The notes: generated by a model not told the origin, from the sequence alone. Counted from the first letter of the stretch, positions 34,967 through 45,618 are shown. The stretch: DNA of 64,000 nt from Alphaproteobacteria bacterium UBA6178 (GCA_002422205.1 DITS01000009.1:124769-188768), one strand, 5' to 3'. Numbers and translations are program-made.

Positions 34967-36592
34967 ATGCCGTTTGATGGAGAGATGGATCAGCAGGATG
35001 GGGCGCAGGGCCACCGGCCTCAGCATGCCGTGATTTCTGAGATTCCGCAGCGCACACCGGTGGAAGTGCGGCTGGGGCTGGCATTACTGCCGGCGCGTTA
35101 TTTGCTGCGTGGGTTGTTTAAAACCCTTACCGATTCGTCGCTGCCCGAGGCTATGCAGAAAATTCTGGTAGACCCGTGGCGCAATCCGATTTTTGCCGAG
35201 CCGCTATATCAAAAGCTGCAAAGCAAATTGTCGCAGGTGGATGCGCATGATTTGTTTATGGGCAAAATTCCCGATGATGCGTATGAGATTGCGCATCAGC
35301 TGCATGATTCGCCCAAGGCGCAGGCGCTGCTGAAAGAGTTTCATCAGATTTTGCGGCCATGGGATGCCAAAGGCGTGGCGCATAATATGCTGCAATATGC
35401 GATTGCCGATCGTGATAAAGCCACCGATCTGCTGACGCTGACGGAAGAGTCTAAGGGGCGCATTCGCGGGGCGATGGCTGAGCCATTATTTGAATCGCTC
35501 TATGATCATTCGCTGGGGATGGGTAGTCTGGCGATGACATTTGCCATTCGCAAACGCGTGCGCAATGATATTCAGAATTTATACACCGAGGCGGTGGGCT
35601 ATGAGATGGGCAAGCCTGCCAGCCGCGTGACGATGGAAGATATTTTCAACAGTGACAACACCATTATTCAATCGACGGTGCATAATTACCGCAATAAATT
35701 TGCGCAGCGGCTGGGCATTAGTGTGCTGCCGTTTTTGCGTAATGTGCCGGGCTTTCGTAGCTGGCAATTTGGCGAGGCGGCGATTGGCCTGTGGGGCGCG
35801 ATGTGGGTGTTTGATGTGTGGGGACGGCAACCCACCAATCTGGAAATGCTCAGCGATTTTGTGAATGACAAGCTGAATCCGAAATTCGGGATTAGCGACC
35901 CGATCCGCACCGCCGATATTATCAATCTGTATCAGCGTTATGCGACGAAATTTAAGCCGGAAGTGGCATTTAAAAGCGTGCTCAGCTCCGATATCGGCGA
36001 GGGGCATGTGTGGGCGCAGAGCGAGAAAATCTATCAGCGTATCGCCGATCTGATGAATGATACCTATAGCTATAAACATACGGTGCGGCTGGATGAGGAG
36101 ACCGGATTGCCGGTGAATCTGGCGAATTTTACGGTGCCGAAATTTATTTATCTGATGGGGCATGACATGATCAACCCTTATCAGCCTGACTGGAGCATGG
36201 CCTATGTGCAGATGGCGGATAAATATGGCATGGATGTGGTGCGGCAGGTGCGCAAAGAGCAGCAAAGCGGCATGCAGTTGTCGGAAATACTCAAGCGTTA
36301 CCCGGTGGATTTGAACCCGCCGCGTACCGGACGCAACAGCCTGTCTGCGGCACCGGTGGTGGTGGATGAGCCGAAAGCGGACGTCGCAAAGGCTGAACAG
36401 GTGTCAGTGCCGGTTGCGGCCAATGACGACGAGCGGGAAGCGGACGTGGTAAAAGCAGTGCGCATGACGGGTAAAGTGCCGGTGCCGGTGCCCGCTAATG
36501 ACCCTGAGCCACACACGCAGGTGGATGCAGCCAGCGCCGCCAAACATGGCACAACGCAGCACACGAAAACACACGCCAACCTCAGCGCATAA
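34967..36592 (+). CDS. Hypothetical protein (ORFan, 541 aa)
   Basis: Long ORF with core-like codon usage. The C-terminus has a degenerate repeat (KADVAKAEQVSVPVAAND / EADVVKAVRMTGKVPVPVPAND). No domain recognised. Confidence 0.65.
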   Translation: MPFDGEMDQQDGAQGHRPQHAVISEIPQRTPVEVRLGLALLPARYLLRGLFKTLTDSSLPEAMQKILVDPWRNPIFAEPLYQKLQSKLSQVDAHDLFMGKIPDDAYEIAHQLHDSPKAQALLKEFHQILRPWDAKGVAHNMLQYAIADRDKATDLLTLTEESKGRIRGAMAEPLFESLYDHSLGMGSLAMTFAIRKRVRNDIQNLYTEAVGYEMGKPASRVTMEDIFNSDNTIIQSTVHNYRNKFAQRLGISVLPFLRNVPGFRSWQFGEAAIGLWGAMWVFDVWGRQPTNLEMLSDFVNDKLNPKFGISDPIRTADIINLYQRYATKFKPEVAFKSVLSSDIGEGHVWAQSEKIYQRIADLMNDTYSYKHTVRLDEETGLPVNLANFTVPKFIYLMGHDMINPYQPDWSMAYVQMADKYGMDVVRQVRKEQQSGMQLSEILKRYPVDLNPPRTGRNSLSAAPVVVDEPKADVAKAEQVSVPVAANDDEREADVVKAVRMTGKVPVPVPANDPEPHTQVDAASAAKHGTTQHTKTHANLSA

Positions 36593-36630
36593 TCGCTTGC
36601 CTTCTGCTGTGTGAGTGCCACACTGCGGGC

Positions 36631-37944
36631 ATGAGTAATGCTTATCATATTCTGCGTCGGCGCCCTGCTCAGGATGTGCATGCGCTGGCCCCTGAGCTGG
36701 AAGCGCTGGCGCGGCAGCTGATTGCGTCGGGCCGTTTGCGCATCAATGCCGATCATGCGCGTAATTATGTGATTTATTCCGGTTCGTCTTTCGATAAAAG
36801 TTTCAGCAAGCGCGAGCTGAGTACACCGGCATTTATGGACGGGGTGCGGCGGGTGATTGCTGATACCTTGCCAGGATCAGCAGGGGCGCAGGGGGTGGAG
36901 GATGTGCTGTTGCGGCTGCAGCAGGATTTGAAGCGCGGCGGTGAGATTTCGCATGAGCGGGAATTGCAGATTGCGCGGCTGCTGGTGCAATCGACGCATC
37001 CGGTGGTGCTGATGCTGGCGATGCTGGAGGGTGTCGATATTTTTGTGTCATACTCGCATAATGTGGCGGATTTGATGGGGGTGCATTTTTGGGAATGCAT
37101 TGGCCAAAGCAGCGGGCTGCAAAGCATCAGCGGCGATGGCACCGCGGTGTATGTCTCGTGCGGGGGGGACCCGTTTATTACCGAGGATAAACATAAGACC
37201 TATACCACCGACGGGTTTGGCGCCTTGTCGCGGCTGATGGTGATTGCGGCGCAGGAGTTGGGGCATTTTGCTGATATTGTGCGCGATGCGCAAGGTAGGC
37301 AGGTGGGGCGGCATAGCGCGTCGCTGGCCCCGTTGCGCGCGCGGGTGATGATGCAGCAAGCACGCAAGCGCGACATGGAACAGATGCGTGTGTTATATGC
37401 GCAGTTGAGTCAGTTGCAGGTGGGGGCGGTGGTGAAGAAGGAGCGGGCACAGGCTTTTGCGCGCAAGCACCGGCCCGGCTCGCCGGTGCTGCTGTGGCAT
37501 GCGTTGCAAGTGAGGCTGGCGGTGCGGCAGCTGAAGCAACGCGCGGCCAAGGCGGGGGCGGCGATGGTGACGCATTTTCCGACGGATTTGGTGAGCGAGG
37601 ATAGCCAAGGGTTTGCTACGCAGCTGAGCGAATTTGTGCGTGATATGGCGTTTAATCTGGCGCCGGATGCGGAGGTGTATAAGCGCCCCGATCCGGTGGA
37701 GGAGGAAGCCATTGCGGTGATTGAGGCGCTAGCGCGGGTGCCGCAACAGGCGGTGAAATGGGGACATCATCACACACAGCTGGCATGGCCGAATTTGTAT
37801 AAGGCGTATTATCAGGTGGTGATTCCGTCGTGCATTGCGGCGTATGAGCAGATTAGCGGCAAGCGCTATCATTTTACGCTGTCGCCGCCGCCGCGCAAAG
37901 GGGTGATAACCCAGCTGAAATTGCTGAGGAAAAAGCGGTCGTAA
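36631..37944 (+). CDS. Hypothetical protein (ORFan, 437 aa)
   Basis: Long ORF; no domain recognised. Confidence 0.65.
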   Translation: MSNAYHILRRRPAQDVHALAPELEALARQLIASGRLRINADHARNYVIYSGSSFDKSFSKRELSTPAFMDGVRRVIADTLPGSAGAQGVEDVLLRLQQDLKRGGEISHERELQIARLLVQSTHPVVLMLAMLEGVDIFVSYSHNVADLMGVHFWECIGQSSGLQSISGDGTAVYVSCGGDPFITEDKHKTYTTDGFGALSRLMVIAAQELGHFADIVRDAQGRQVGRHSASLAPLRARVMMQQARKRDMEQMRVLYAQLSQLQVGAVVKKERAQAFARKHRPGSPVLLWHALQVRLAVRQLKQRAAKAGAAMVTHFPTDLVSEDSQGFATQLSEFVRDMAFNLAPDAEVYKRPDPVEEEAIAVIEALARVPQQAVKWGHHHTQLAWPNLYKAYYQVVIPSCIAAYEQISGKRYHFTLSPPPRKGVITQLKLLRKKRS

Positions 37945-38034
37945 GGGCGCAATCTTCATACAATCGTCACATAATGCAAAAGCAGAAATGCTATACTGCT
38001 AGTAAGTGATAATTTGTAGGATACAGGCCCTTTA

Positions 38035-39888
38035 ATGGCAGCTGAGTTAACATCAGAAGAAATTGCAGCAGGTGGCTATACCCCCGATCAGGTAGCCGCG
38101 ATTAATGCTGACCGCCGTAAAAAGGCGCAGGAGAATGCGCCTGGTGGCTCGGGTGGTTTCAGCTTTGGTGATCTGCTCACCTATGGTTTTTGGGGTATGT
38201 TGGGTGCCGCTATTGTAGGCGGGCTTGGTCTTGGTGGTTTATTTGGTGATGGCTTTGGCGTGATGGTTAAAGGCTTGATCAATAAAATTGCTGAAGCTTT
38301 TAACATGGATCCGATATTTGAAAAGCCGGTGGAAGAATTTTTAACCGCTACCGCAGCGGACCCTGCGAAATTTAAGGAATTGCTGCAAAATGAAACGTTC
38401 GGTGCGGGCTTGTCGGAAGAATCGGCAGCGATACTGGCAACGGAAGGACCGCAGTTGCTCAAGGCGCTGAAAGAGGCAGGCGTTGATTTAGAGAAACTGC
38501 AAAGCGATGGATTGTCAGTGATTCAGAAGGAAGGTGTGTTGAACAAACTGGCGCGCAGTAATTTATCGCTGCCAGTGAAGCAAACTTTGTTTTATGAATC
38601 GCTGGTTAAGCAGAATATATCGCCCAAGCTGGCGCGTGAGCTGGCGAATCAGACCGAGGCGCTGTTGCTGGTGGTCAATGATGGCACCAAGGGTATTGAT
38701 CTGGAAGCGCTGATCCGTGAAGGGGTGGGGGCGCTGAAATCGAAAAGCATGCTGGCCATGCTGCAAGGCAGCCCTGAGCTTGCCAAATTGATGAGTGTAT
38801 TACCGGAAGCGAGCCAATCAGCAATTTTGGCGGCGGCGGGTTATGAGAATGTTAAGGATATGCTGGTATGGTTAAACCAGCCGTCGGAGATTGCCGGTGC
38901 GAGCAATATGCAGGTGCTCACGCAATCCATCAAAAACATGAATTTATCGGAGGCAGATATGAAAGAATTTGAAGCGTTAGTGAGCAAGGTTGGTACCGCG
39001 TTTTCGTCGGGCAATGCCGCGCAGATTAAAGAAGCTGTGAATGATGTATTCAATTCGCCCTTGCTGAAGAATGAGAAGATATTGCCGGAATTCGCGGCGG
39101 CACTGCAAAAGATGAGCCTGCCTGCGCTGACGCCTGAGCAGATGAAAACGCTGACCGAGGCAACGGGTAAAAATGCGGCTGAAGTGACCCAGATGATGGC
39201 AGATGCGAAAGCGGTGTTTGCGAATACGGGTAATTTACGTATATTCCGTGATTTGACCTTGTCGGTAGGGCCACAGGTTTCCAATGCAGTGGTGGATATG
39301 GTGATGCCCAGTGGCGGCGGAAAAGTGGATATGGGTGCCGTGGCGGCGTTGGCCGGGCAGCATATTGATAAGTTGGCTCCTTTGGCTAAGTTGGATGTGA
39401 GTGCAATCCGTGATCCGCAAACAAGAGCGCTGGCGGAAGCAAGTTTACACAATTTGGGTGCTTTGGTTAGTTTTGCGGAAAAGCTGACACCTCAGAATCG
39501 TGAAAAGCTGAGTAACGTTTTAGCAAGTAGAGCAGACAGCAAAGACTCTTCACTGGGTTCTTTGCTTGCGACAGCAACTCAACTATTGCCGATATTACAA
39601 GCTAATCCTGAAGGCTTTCATGTTTTTGCAGACAGTCTTAAATTAGATGCATATGCGACTTTATCAGATAAATCAAAAGAACAGGTCGCTGGCATTAAGC
39701 AAGCGATTGATTTTCTAAAAATGGCTATTCCTAAGCCCCAAAAACAAAGCGCTGTTGATTCCCCCGATAAAGCACAGCTTGCAGCGGCAGATGCGGTGAA
39801 GGATTTGGGCAGTAAAGTGGCATTGAGTGATTCAGGTGCGCCAGCTTTTGTGCCTTCCGGCGGTGGTTCGGCTCCGGCGATTGGTTAG
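38035..39888 (+). CDS. Hypothetical helical protein with an N-terminal Gly-rich hydrophobic segment (617 aa)
   Basis: GFWGMLGAAIVGGLGLGGLFGDGFGVMV near the N-terminus. The rest is Ala/Leu/Lys-rich and helical-looking. Confidence 0.65.
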   Translation: MAAELTSEEIAAGGYTPDQVAAINADRRKKAQENAPGGSGGFSFGDLLTYGFWGMLGAAIVGGLGLGGLFGDGFGVMVKGLINKIAEAFNMDPIFEKPVEEFLTATAADPAKFKELLQNETFGAGLSEESAAILATEGPQLLKALKEAGVDLEKLQSDGLSVIQKEGVLNKLARSNLSLPVKQTLFYESLVKQNISPKLARELANQTEALLLVVNDGTKGIDLEALIREGVGALKSKSMLAMLQGSPELAKLMSVLPEASQSAILAAAGYENVKDMLVWLNQPSEIAGASNMQVLTQSIKNMNLSEADMKEFEALVSKVGTAFSSGNAAQIKEAVNDVFNSPLLKNEKILPEFAAALQKMSLPALTPEQMKTLTEATGKNAAEVTQMMADAKAVFANTGNLRIFRDLTLSVGPQVSNAVVDMVMPSGGGKVDMGAVAALAGQHIDKLAPLAKLDVSAIRDPQTRALAEASLHNLGALVSFAEKLTPQNREKLSNVLASRADSKDSSLGSLLATATQLLPILQANPEGFHVFADSLKLDAYATLSDKSKEQVAGIKQAIDFLKMAIPKPQKQSAVDSPDKAQLAAADAVKDLGSKVALSDSGAPAFVPSGGGSAPAIG

Positions 39889-40511
39889 GCCAATCCAAAT
39901 AACTTCATGGCCATGTGCGGGCCCAAAATGATGATGGCACCGGTGAGGGCTACACCGACGCTGCCGATTGCAATACCAATTAATATGGTGACGCCGTCGC
40001 GGCTGAGCAGGCCGAGTGACATCACCAATATGCCGATGCCGGGGATGAAATTGGTCCAGGGCAGGGGCAGGGCGATGGAAATGGCAAAGAGCATACAAAA
40101 CACGCCGACCACGCGTTCACCGGTATTGCTTGAGGCAAAAGACAGGCGGGCGCGTAATAATTTTTCGACCTTTTTCATGCGCGGGGCGGCTTTGGCGATC
40201 ATCATCGCCAGTGTGGTGCGGCGGATGGTTTTATTGGCAATCCAGCTGGGCAGCCATGGCGCGTCACGGCCAACGATGAGCTGATAGGCCAAAAACATAA
40301 TCGGGATAGCGGTGAGGCTGGTGAGGCCGGGGGCCGGAATGGGTACGCAATTGGGCAATACGAAGATAATCAATAGCAGGCCGAATCCCCGCTCATGCAG
40401 GGCGTGCATCAGCTCGTCGACGCTCACCCGATCATTTTGATTGTTGTTGATAGCATCTTCCAGCACATCGGAAGCGGCGCGATTCTTTTTTTTCAAGCGT
40501 TTGATAACCAT
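39885..40511 (-). CDS. exoD: ExoD-family exopolysaccharide synthesis membrane protein
   Basis: VSVDELMHALHERGFGLLLIIFVLPNCVPIPAPGLT and the following TM pattern are typical of ExoD. Confidence 0.8.
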   Translation of the reverse strand: MVIKRLKKKNRAASDVLEDAINNNQNDRVSVDELMHALHERGFGLLLIIFVLPNCVPIPAPGLTSLTAIPIMFLAYQLIVGRDAPWLPSWIANKTIRRTTLAMMIAKAAPRMKKVEKLLRARLSFASSNTGERVVGVFCMLFAISIALPLPWTNFIPGIGILVMSLGLLSRDGVTILIGIAIGSVGVALTGAIIILGPHMAMKLFGLA

Positions 40512-40574
40512 GCACTCTATATAAGCGATTCGCAGCGTGGCTGCAAAGGTGATATGCGTAAAAACTCAAAATAA

Positions 40575-41561
40575 TTAGAGCCGCAACAAAGCTGCCACTG
40601 CCAGCGATAAACCCAGCAGTAAAACCGACACCACATACAGCCATTGCGCGCGCGATAAATCACGCGGGGAGGCTTTGACCGTGCCTTTGCCGATCCATGC
40701 ATCGGGCACCACGCCTTCGCCAACCTCGCGCGGGCCGCCGAGGGTGACATGCAGCGCGCCAGCGGTGGTGGCAATGGGCCAGCCGCTATTGGGCGAGGCG
40801 GTTTTGTGCGCCTGCGCCAATGCGGTGCGCAAGCCCGCCAGCGGCTTGCTGCGAGGTACGAAAAAAGCGGCGAGGCAGAGATAGAAGGCGCTGAGGCGGG
40901 CGGGCAGCCATTGCAGCAGATCGTCGAGTTTGGCGGTGGCCCAGCCGAAAGCGATATAGCGTTTGGAGCGGTGGCCGATCAGCCCGTCGAGCATGTTGAT
41001 CATGCGTAGCGCCATGATGCCGGGCAGGCCCAGCAGCAGATACCAACAAACCGGACTGACGATTTTATCGGCGAAATTTTCGGCCAGATATTCGATGCCC
41101 AGCCGCGCCAGCGTATGGTCATCCAATTGACGGTCATGGCGGCGGGCGATAGGTTTGGCGGCGAGGATGGCTTGTTTGGTATCGCGCTTTTTGAGTGCGT
41201 GGCTGAGGGTGCGGGTGTCATTCCATAGCGGGCGGGCGGGGATGAGCCATGCCAGTAGTATAATTTCGGCGTAGGCCAGTGGTGGCCAGCCGCGCACGGC
41301 CATTTGGCATAGCAAGGCCACGCCGATGGTGAGGGCCAGCATAAAACCCAGCAGCACAATGCCGCGATAGACACGCGTGGCGGCGTTGCGGCGCGAGCGG
41401 TTGAGCTTGGATTCGAGCAGTAGGGAAAAGCGGGTGAGGAAGCGGGCCGGCTTGTTTAAGTGATGGGTGAGCGCAGGAACAAACAGGATTACCGAGACCA
41501 GTAAGGCCAGCACCAGCATCAGCTGGCGCTCGGTCAGGGTGTGGATGTAGAATAGTTCCAT
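40575..41561 (-). CDS. cobD: Adenosylcobinamide-phosphate synthase CobD/CbiB family
   Basis: Multi-TM protein with LDGLIGHRSKRYIAFGWATAKLDDLLQWLPARLSA, the CbiB signature region. Confidence 0.85.
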   Translation of the reverse strand: MELFYIHTLTERQLMLVLALLVSVILFVPALTHHLNKPARFLTRFSLLLESKLNRSRRNAATRVYRGIVLLGFMLALTIGVALLCQMAVRGWPPLAYAEIILLAWLIPARPLWNDTRTLSHALKKRDTKQAILAAKPIARRHDRQLDDHTLARLGIEYLAENFADKIVSPVCWYLLLGLPGIMALRMINMLDGLIGHRSKRYIAFGWATAKLDDLLQWLPARLSAFYLCLAAFFVPRSKPLAGLRTALAQAHKTASPNSGWPIATTAGALHVTLGGPREVGEGVVPDAWIGKGTVKASPRDLSRAQWLYVVSVLLLGLSLAVAALLRL

Positions 41562-41618
41562 CGGGGGATGATGGCGTAATTTGGAATTAGAGTCCAGAGT
41601 TCAGAGTGCAGAGTTCAG

Positions 41619-42227
41619 TTAACGCGGGATTTGTTTATCCGGTTCTACGCGTGGCTCGGTCTTGTTTTGCAGTTGTGATTTCACTTCTCCGCCAGCGTCG
41701 CCGCAGGAAAGCTCGCCACTCAAATAACCCGCTACTTTGGCGGCTAGTTCGGGGGTGATGGGATTAAACTCATCTTTGATAGGCAGGTGACAGCTGGGGT
41801 TATCTATGGCATGGTATATACCATCTTCGATGGCTAATTGGATTTTAAGTTTTTCCACGGCGATGTATTTACGTTCGGCTTCTTCATAATTATTGGCTAA
41901 GGCGTCCCAATCTATTTGTTGGCCCGTGGTTTTGTCGACCACTAAGGCATTTAATTCATTAAGCTGACTATATAAAGCGTCGACCTGATCATGATCTCTT
42001 ACGTCGCGATAATGGGTATAGCTTACCATTAACTTTTCAAAATCGTTGCTGAGGGCTTGTTTAAATTTCTCTGTGTCTACCTTACCATTTGCAATCATGC
42101 TGGTAAAATCAATCCGATCAGCGTGAATTTCGTCATAACGCGTCCCTATCTCATGAGACTGTTTTATATCCACCAAGATATTATATTCCTCTGGAGTCGC
42201 TGACTCGGTGTTTTGGGTGCTGGACAT
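41619..42227 (-). CDS. Hypothetical acidic protein
   Basis: 202 aa with a good SD (AAGGAA). AT-richer than neighbours. No domain recognised. Confidence 0.55.
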   Translation of the reverse strand: MSSTQNTESATPEEYNILVDIKQSHEIGTRYDEIHADRIDFTSMIANGKVDTEKFKQALSNDFEKLMVSYTHYRDVRDHDQVDALYSQLNELNALVVDKTTGQQIDWDALANNYEEAERKYIAVEKLKIQLAIEDGIYHAIDNPSCHLPIKDEFNPITPELAAKVAGYLSGELSCGDAGGEVKSQLQNKTEPRVEPDKQIPR

Positions 42228-42292
42228 CAGTTATTCCTTATTAGAAGCTTAATTTAAAAGCTTACTTTACCCTTAAAAGGTTAACATTTTAT

Positions 42293-43123
42293 TTATTCGA
42301 TGAAAATTTCGACGCGGCGGTTTTGGGGTTCGCGGATGCCGTCTTCGGTGGGGATTTTAGGGTCGGACTCGCCGAAGGCAAAATAGCTGATGCGGGTGAA
42401 GGCGACGCCCTTGGACACTAATTCGTCGCGGATGAATTCGGCGCGTTTACGCGATAGTTCCATATTATAGCTGTCGGAGCCGGAACGATCGGCATGGCCG
42501 TTGATGACGACTTCGTAGGGTTTATCGCTTTCGATCAGGCTGGCGGCGATGTATTTCAGCTCTTCGGCACCATCGCCTTGAATGCGGTTGGCATCCCACG
42601 GGAAGTAAAACAAATAAGAGGAGGATAAGCCGCCACCGAGTGACAGATGTGCGCCATTATCGAGCTGGCGGTAGAATTCGCGGCGGCATTTGTCGATATC
42701 GGCGGTTTGCCAACCTTCTTCGGCCTGCTCGACCCAGCAATCAAAATTAAATTGCAATGCGGCGGCACGTTGTGGGTTGGCGGATTTGAGCGCGGGGGTG
42801 AGCACCTCATGCAGGCGGGCATGCGCGTCGCGCAGTTCGGCGCGCATGGCGGGCTCGAGGCTCCAGTTTTCCAGATGTTCGGGGGCGACGTCTTGTCCGT
42901 AGGCGGCCATCAGGCCTTTATCGGCGAAATATTTGCTGCTCCACCAATCATATTGTGCTTCTTCGCTGGCAGCAAAGTCGCGGTAGTATTTGGCGAGGGT
43001 GAGATGGAACGAGTCGCCGCTTAAATCGGCCTTACGCAGGTCGCCGAGGCTGCGCGTGGTGTCGCAGCCCGCAAGGAATACGAGCAAGGACAGACATGCG
43101 AGATACAGTACCGATGGTGACAT
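42293..43123 (-). CDS. OmpA-family (peptidoglycan-associated) lipoprotein
   Basis: Lipobox LVFLAGC after the Met at 43123. C-terminal OmpA-like domain (INGHADRSGSDSYNMELSRKRAEFIRDEL...NRRVEI). Confidence 0.8.
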   Translation of the reverse strand: MSPSVLYLACLSLLVFLAGCDTTRSLGDLRKADLSGDSFHLTLAKYYRDFAASEEAQYDWWSSKYFADKGLMAAYGQDVAPEHLENWSLEPAMRAELRDAHARLHEVLTPALKSANPQRAAALQFNFDCWVEQAEEGWQTADIDKCRREFYRQLDNGAHLSLGGGLSSSYLFYFPWDANRIQGDGAEELKYIAASLIESDKPYEVVINGHADRSGSDSYNMELSRKRAEFIRDELVSKGVAFTRISYFAFGESDPKIPTEDGIREPQNRRVEIFIE

Positions 43124-43274
43124 TGCCGATTCATTTTCGTTGTTTTTATGGCCACAGATTAGCCAAGGGGCGAGCACAATTCAATCGACAAGGTGAAAAG
43201 GGTTGCAAGCCTGTGGGCAACTGCGTATAAGGACGCGAAATTAAAACCTAAAATAATTCACTGTGGAGAATAAT

Positions 43275-43697
43275 ATGGCTGTTGAACGCACCTTGTCTAT
43301 CCTGAAACCCGATGCAACCGAGCGTAACCTGACGGGTCGCATCAATGCCATGTTTGAAGAAAACGGCTTTCGTATTGTAGCGCAAAAGCGTTTGAAACTC
43401 AGCGATACACAAGCGGGTGAGTTTTATGCTGTGCATAAAGAGCGCCCCTTTTATGGCGAGCTGGTGGCGTATATGACGTCGGGCCCGGTGGTGGTGCAAG
43501 TGCTGGAGCGCGAGGATGCGGTGGCTAAAAACCGTGAGATTATGGGCGCGACGAATCCTGATAATGCTGCGCTTGGCACGATCCGTAAGGTGTTTGCTGA
43601 AGGCATTGAGCGTAATTCGGTGCATGGATCGGATAGCCTTGACAATGCCAAGACCGAGATTGATTTCTTCTTTAAGGCGGATGAGATTGTTGGGTAA
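43275..43697 (+). CDS. ndk: Nucleoside diphosphate kinase
   Basis: [14 protein letters not shown]..., the active-site region NSVHGSDS and a length of about 140 aa. Confidence 0.95.
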   Translation: MAVERTLSILKPDATERNLTGRINAMFEENGFRIVAQKRLKLSDTQAGEFYAVHKERPFYGELVAYMTSGPVVVQVLEREDAVAKNREIMGATNPDNAALGTIRKVFAEGIERNSVHGSDSLDNAKTEIDFFFKADEIVG

Positions 43698-43739
43698 GCT
43701 GGTTGCTGGTTGCTGGTTGCTGGTTGCTAGTTTCTAGTT
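43698..43739. repeat. Tandem heptamer repeat (gctggtt x4, gctagtt, tctagtt)
   Basis: Six consecutive 7-nt units starting directly after the ndk stop codon. Confidence 0.9.
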
Positions 43740-43740
43740 T

Positions 43741-43890
43741 AGGCCAGACCCCGTCATGCGACGGGGTGACAGTTTCAACTGGCCTCTAGTCCATAGACTC
43801 TGACTCACCATAGCTGTCATGCCGTCTTTATGACGGCATCCGGCTTGCTTAAGTCCAGACCCCGTCATTCGACCGGGTGACGGGTTAAGA
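43741..43890. repeat. Cluster of REP-like palindromic units between convergent ndk and purN
   Basis: Hairpins ccccgtc-atgc-gacgggg (43749-43766) and atgccgtc-tttat-gacggcat (43819-43839). A second ccagaccccgtcat unit lies at 43855-43883. Confidence 0.6.
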
Positions 43891-43906
43891 GCAGCGGGGT
43901 GATAAA

Positions 43907-44551
43907 TCAGCTTGGGTAGATGAGCGCAGCGGGGGTTTTGTGCTCGCCGCGAATCTGTACGGTGTTATTTATTATTTCCAAATCGCCTTGGGCCAGCCAT
44001 TTGAGGGCTTGCGGGAACATGCTGTGTTCTTGTTGCAGCACCCGCTCGGACAGGCTTTGCGGGGTGTCGTCGGGCAGGATGGGCACGACGGCCTGGGCGA
44101 TGATGGGGCCGGCATCCATATCGGCGCTGACGAAATGAATGGTGCAACCGGCGAAGCGCACACCCGCCTCGATAGCGCGGGCATGGGTGTGTAATCCTTT
44201 GAAGGCGGGCAGCAGCGAGGGGTGAATATTGATCATCCGTCCTTCCCACTTGGCGGTGAATTCGGGCGTGAGCAGGCGCATGAATCCAGCGAGGCAGACC
44301 AGCTCGGCGTCGCATTCTTCCAGCGCGGCCTGCAAGGCGGCGTCGAAGCTGGCGCGATCCATAAAGCCGCGATGATCGATCACCAATGTGTTAATGCCTA
44401 CTTTATCGGCGCGCACCAACCCAAAGGCTTCGGCACGATTGGAAATGACACGCACGATTTCGGCGGGAAAATCGGGGGCGGTGCAGGCATCAATCAGGGC
44501 TTGAAGATTCGTTCCGTTGCCGGAAATTAATACGGCTACGCGCTTTTTCAT
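43907..44551 (-). CDS. purN: Phosphoribosylglycinamide formyltransferase
   Basis: [19 protein letters not shown] and NIHPSLLP motifs. The start overlaps the purM stop. Confidence 0.9.
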   Translation of the reverse strand: MKKRVAVLISGNGTNLQALIDACTAPDFPAEIVRVISNRAEAFGLVRADKVGINTLVIDHRGFMDRASFDAALQAALEECDAELVCLAGFMRLLTPEFTAKWEGRMINIHPSLLPAFKGLHTHARAIEAGVRFAGCTIHFVSADMDAGPIIAQAVVPILPDDTPQSLSERVLQQEHSMFPQALKWLAQGDLEIINNTVQIRGEHKTPAALIYPS

Positions 44552-45618
44552 CGTAGCGAGCCTGAGCATTGCACGGCGTCGCCCTTACGTGGAGACAGGG
44601 TGCCGATGACGAATGCAGATTCGCCTGCGGCGTTGAGTGCGGTGACCGCATCGGCCACATCGGCAGCAGCGGTGATGAGCACCATGCCGATGCCGCAATT
44701 AAAGGTGCGCAGCATTTCGGTTTGCTCGATCAAGCCGGTGTTGATTATCCATTCGAAAATAGGAGGCAGGGGCCATGTGCCCAGCGCAATGTCGCAGCCC
44801 AGATGCGCAGGCAGCACGCGCGGGATATTTTCGAGCAAGCCGCCACCCGTGATATGGGCAAGGGCTTTGAGCGTGCCGGTTTTGGCCAGCGGCAGGCAGG
44901 ATTTAACATAAATACGCGTGGGGGTGAGTAATGATTCGCCCATGGTTTGGGTGGTATCAAACGGGGATGGAGCGTCGAGCGCTATATTTTGCGCGTCAAG
45001 CAGTTTGCGCACCAGTGAGAAGCCGTTGGAATGCACCCCGCTGGATGCCAGCCCTATCAATACATCGCCCGCTTCGAGTAATTCGCGGCGTGGTAGCATG
45101 GCGTCGCGCTCGACAGCGCCGACAGCGAAGCCTGCTAAATCATAATCATCATCATGGTACATGCCGGGCATTTCGGCGGTTTCGCCGCCGATGAGTTGGC
45201 AGCCTGCCTGACGGCACCCTTGCGCGATGCCTTCGATGACGGCGGCGGCTTGTTCGGTTTTGAGCGATCCGCAGGCGAAATAATCGAGGAAGAATAGCGG
45301 TTCGGCGCCTTGCACAATAAGATCGTTTACGCACATGGCGACGAGGTCGATGCCGACGGTGTCGTGTTTATTCATGGCGAAGGCGAGTTTGAGTTTGGTG
45401 CCTACCCCGTCGGTAGCGGAGACTAAAATGGGGTCGGCATAGCCGCAGGCTTTGAGATCAAACAGGCCACCAAAGCCCCCCAGCCCGTCCATGCTGCCTT
45501 GGCGCATGGTGGATTTTGCGGCGGGTTTAATACGCTCGATCAAGGCATTACCGGTGTCGATGCTGACGCCCGAATCGGCATAGGAGATGGTGCGGGAGGT
45601 GTTGTCTTTTGTTGTCAT
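44548..45618 (-). CDS. purM: Phosphoribosylformylglycinamidine cyclo-ligase (AIR synthetase)
   Basis: Full-length PurM pattern ([34 protein letters not shown]). Confidence 0.93.
   Translation of the reverse strand: MTTKDNTSRTISYADSGVSIDTGNALIERIKPAAKSTMRQGSMDGLGGFGGLFDLKACGYADPILVSATDGVGTKLKLAFAMNKHDTVGIDLVAMCVNDLIVQGAEPLFFLDYFACGSLKTEQAAAVIEGIAQGCRQAGCQLIGGETAEMPGMYHDDDYDLAGFAVGAVERDAMLPRRELLEAGDVLIGLASSGVHSNGFSLVRKLLDAQNIALDAPSPFDTTQTMGESLLTPTRIYVKSCLPLAKTGTLKALAHITGGGLLENIPRVLPAHLGCDIALGTWPLPPIFEWIINTGLIEQTEMLRTFNCGIGMVLITAAADVADAVTALNAAGESAFVIGTLSPRKGDAVQCSGSLR

Noticed and set aside
36631-37944. A zinc-metalloprotease motif in the 437-aa ORFan (AAQELGHFAD).
   Set aside because: The segment reads Q-E-L-G-H, so the first His of HExxH is missing. 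No downstream third ligand was evident.
41562-41618. A cobalamin riboswitch upstream of cobD.
   Set aside because: The gap is only about 57 nt and consists of short cagagtt-type repeats, with no B12-box-like sequence.
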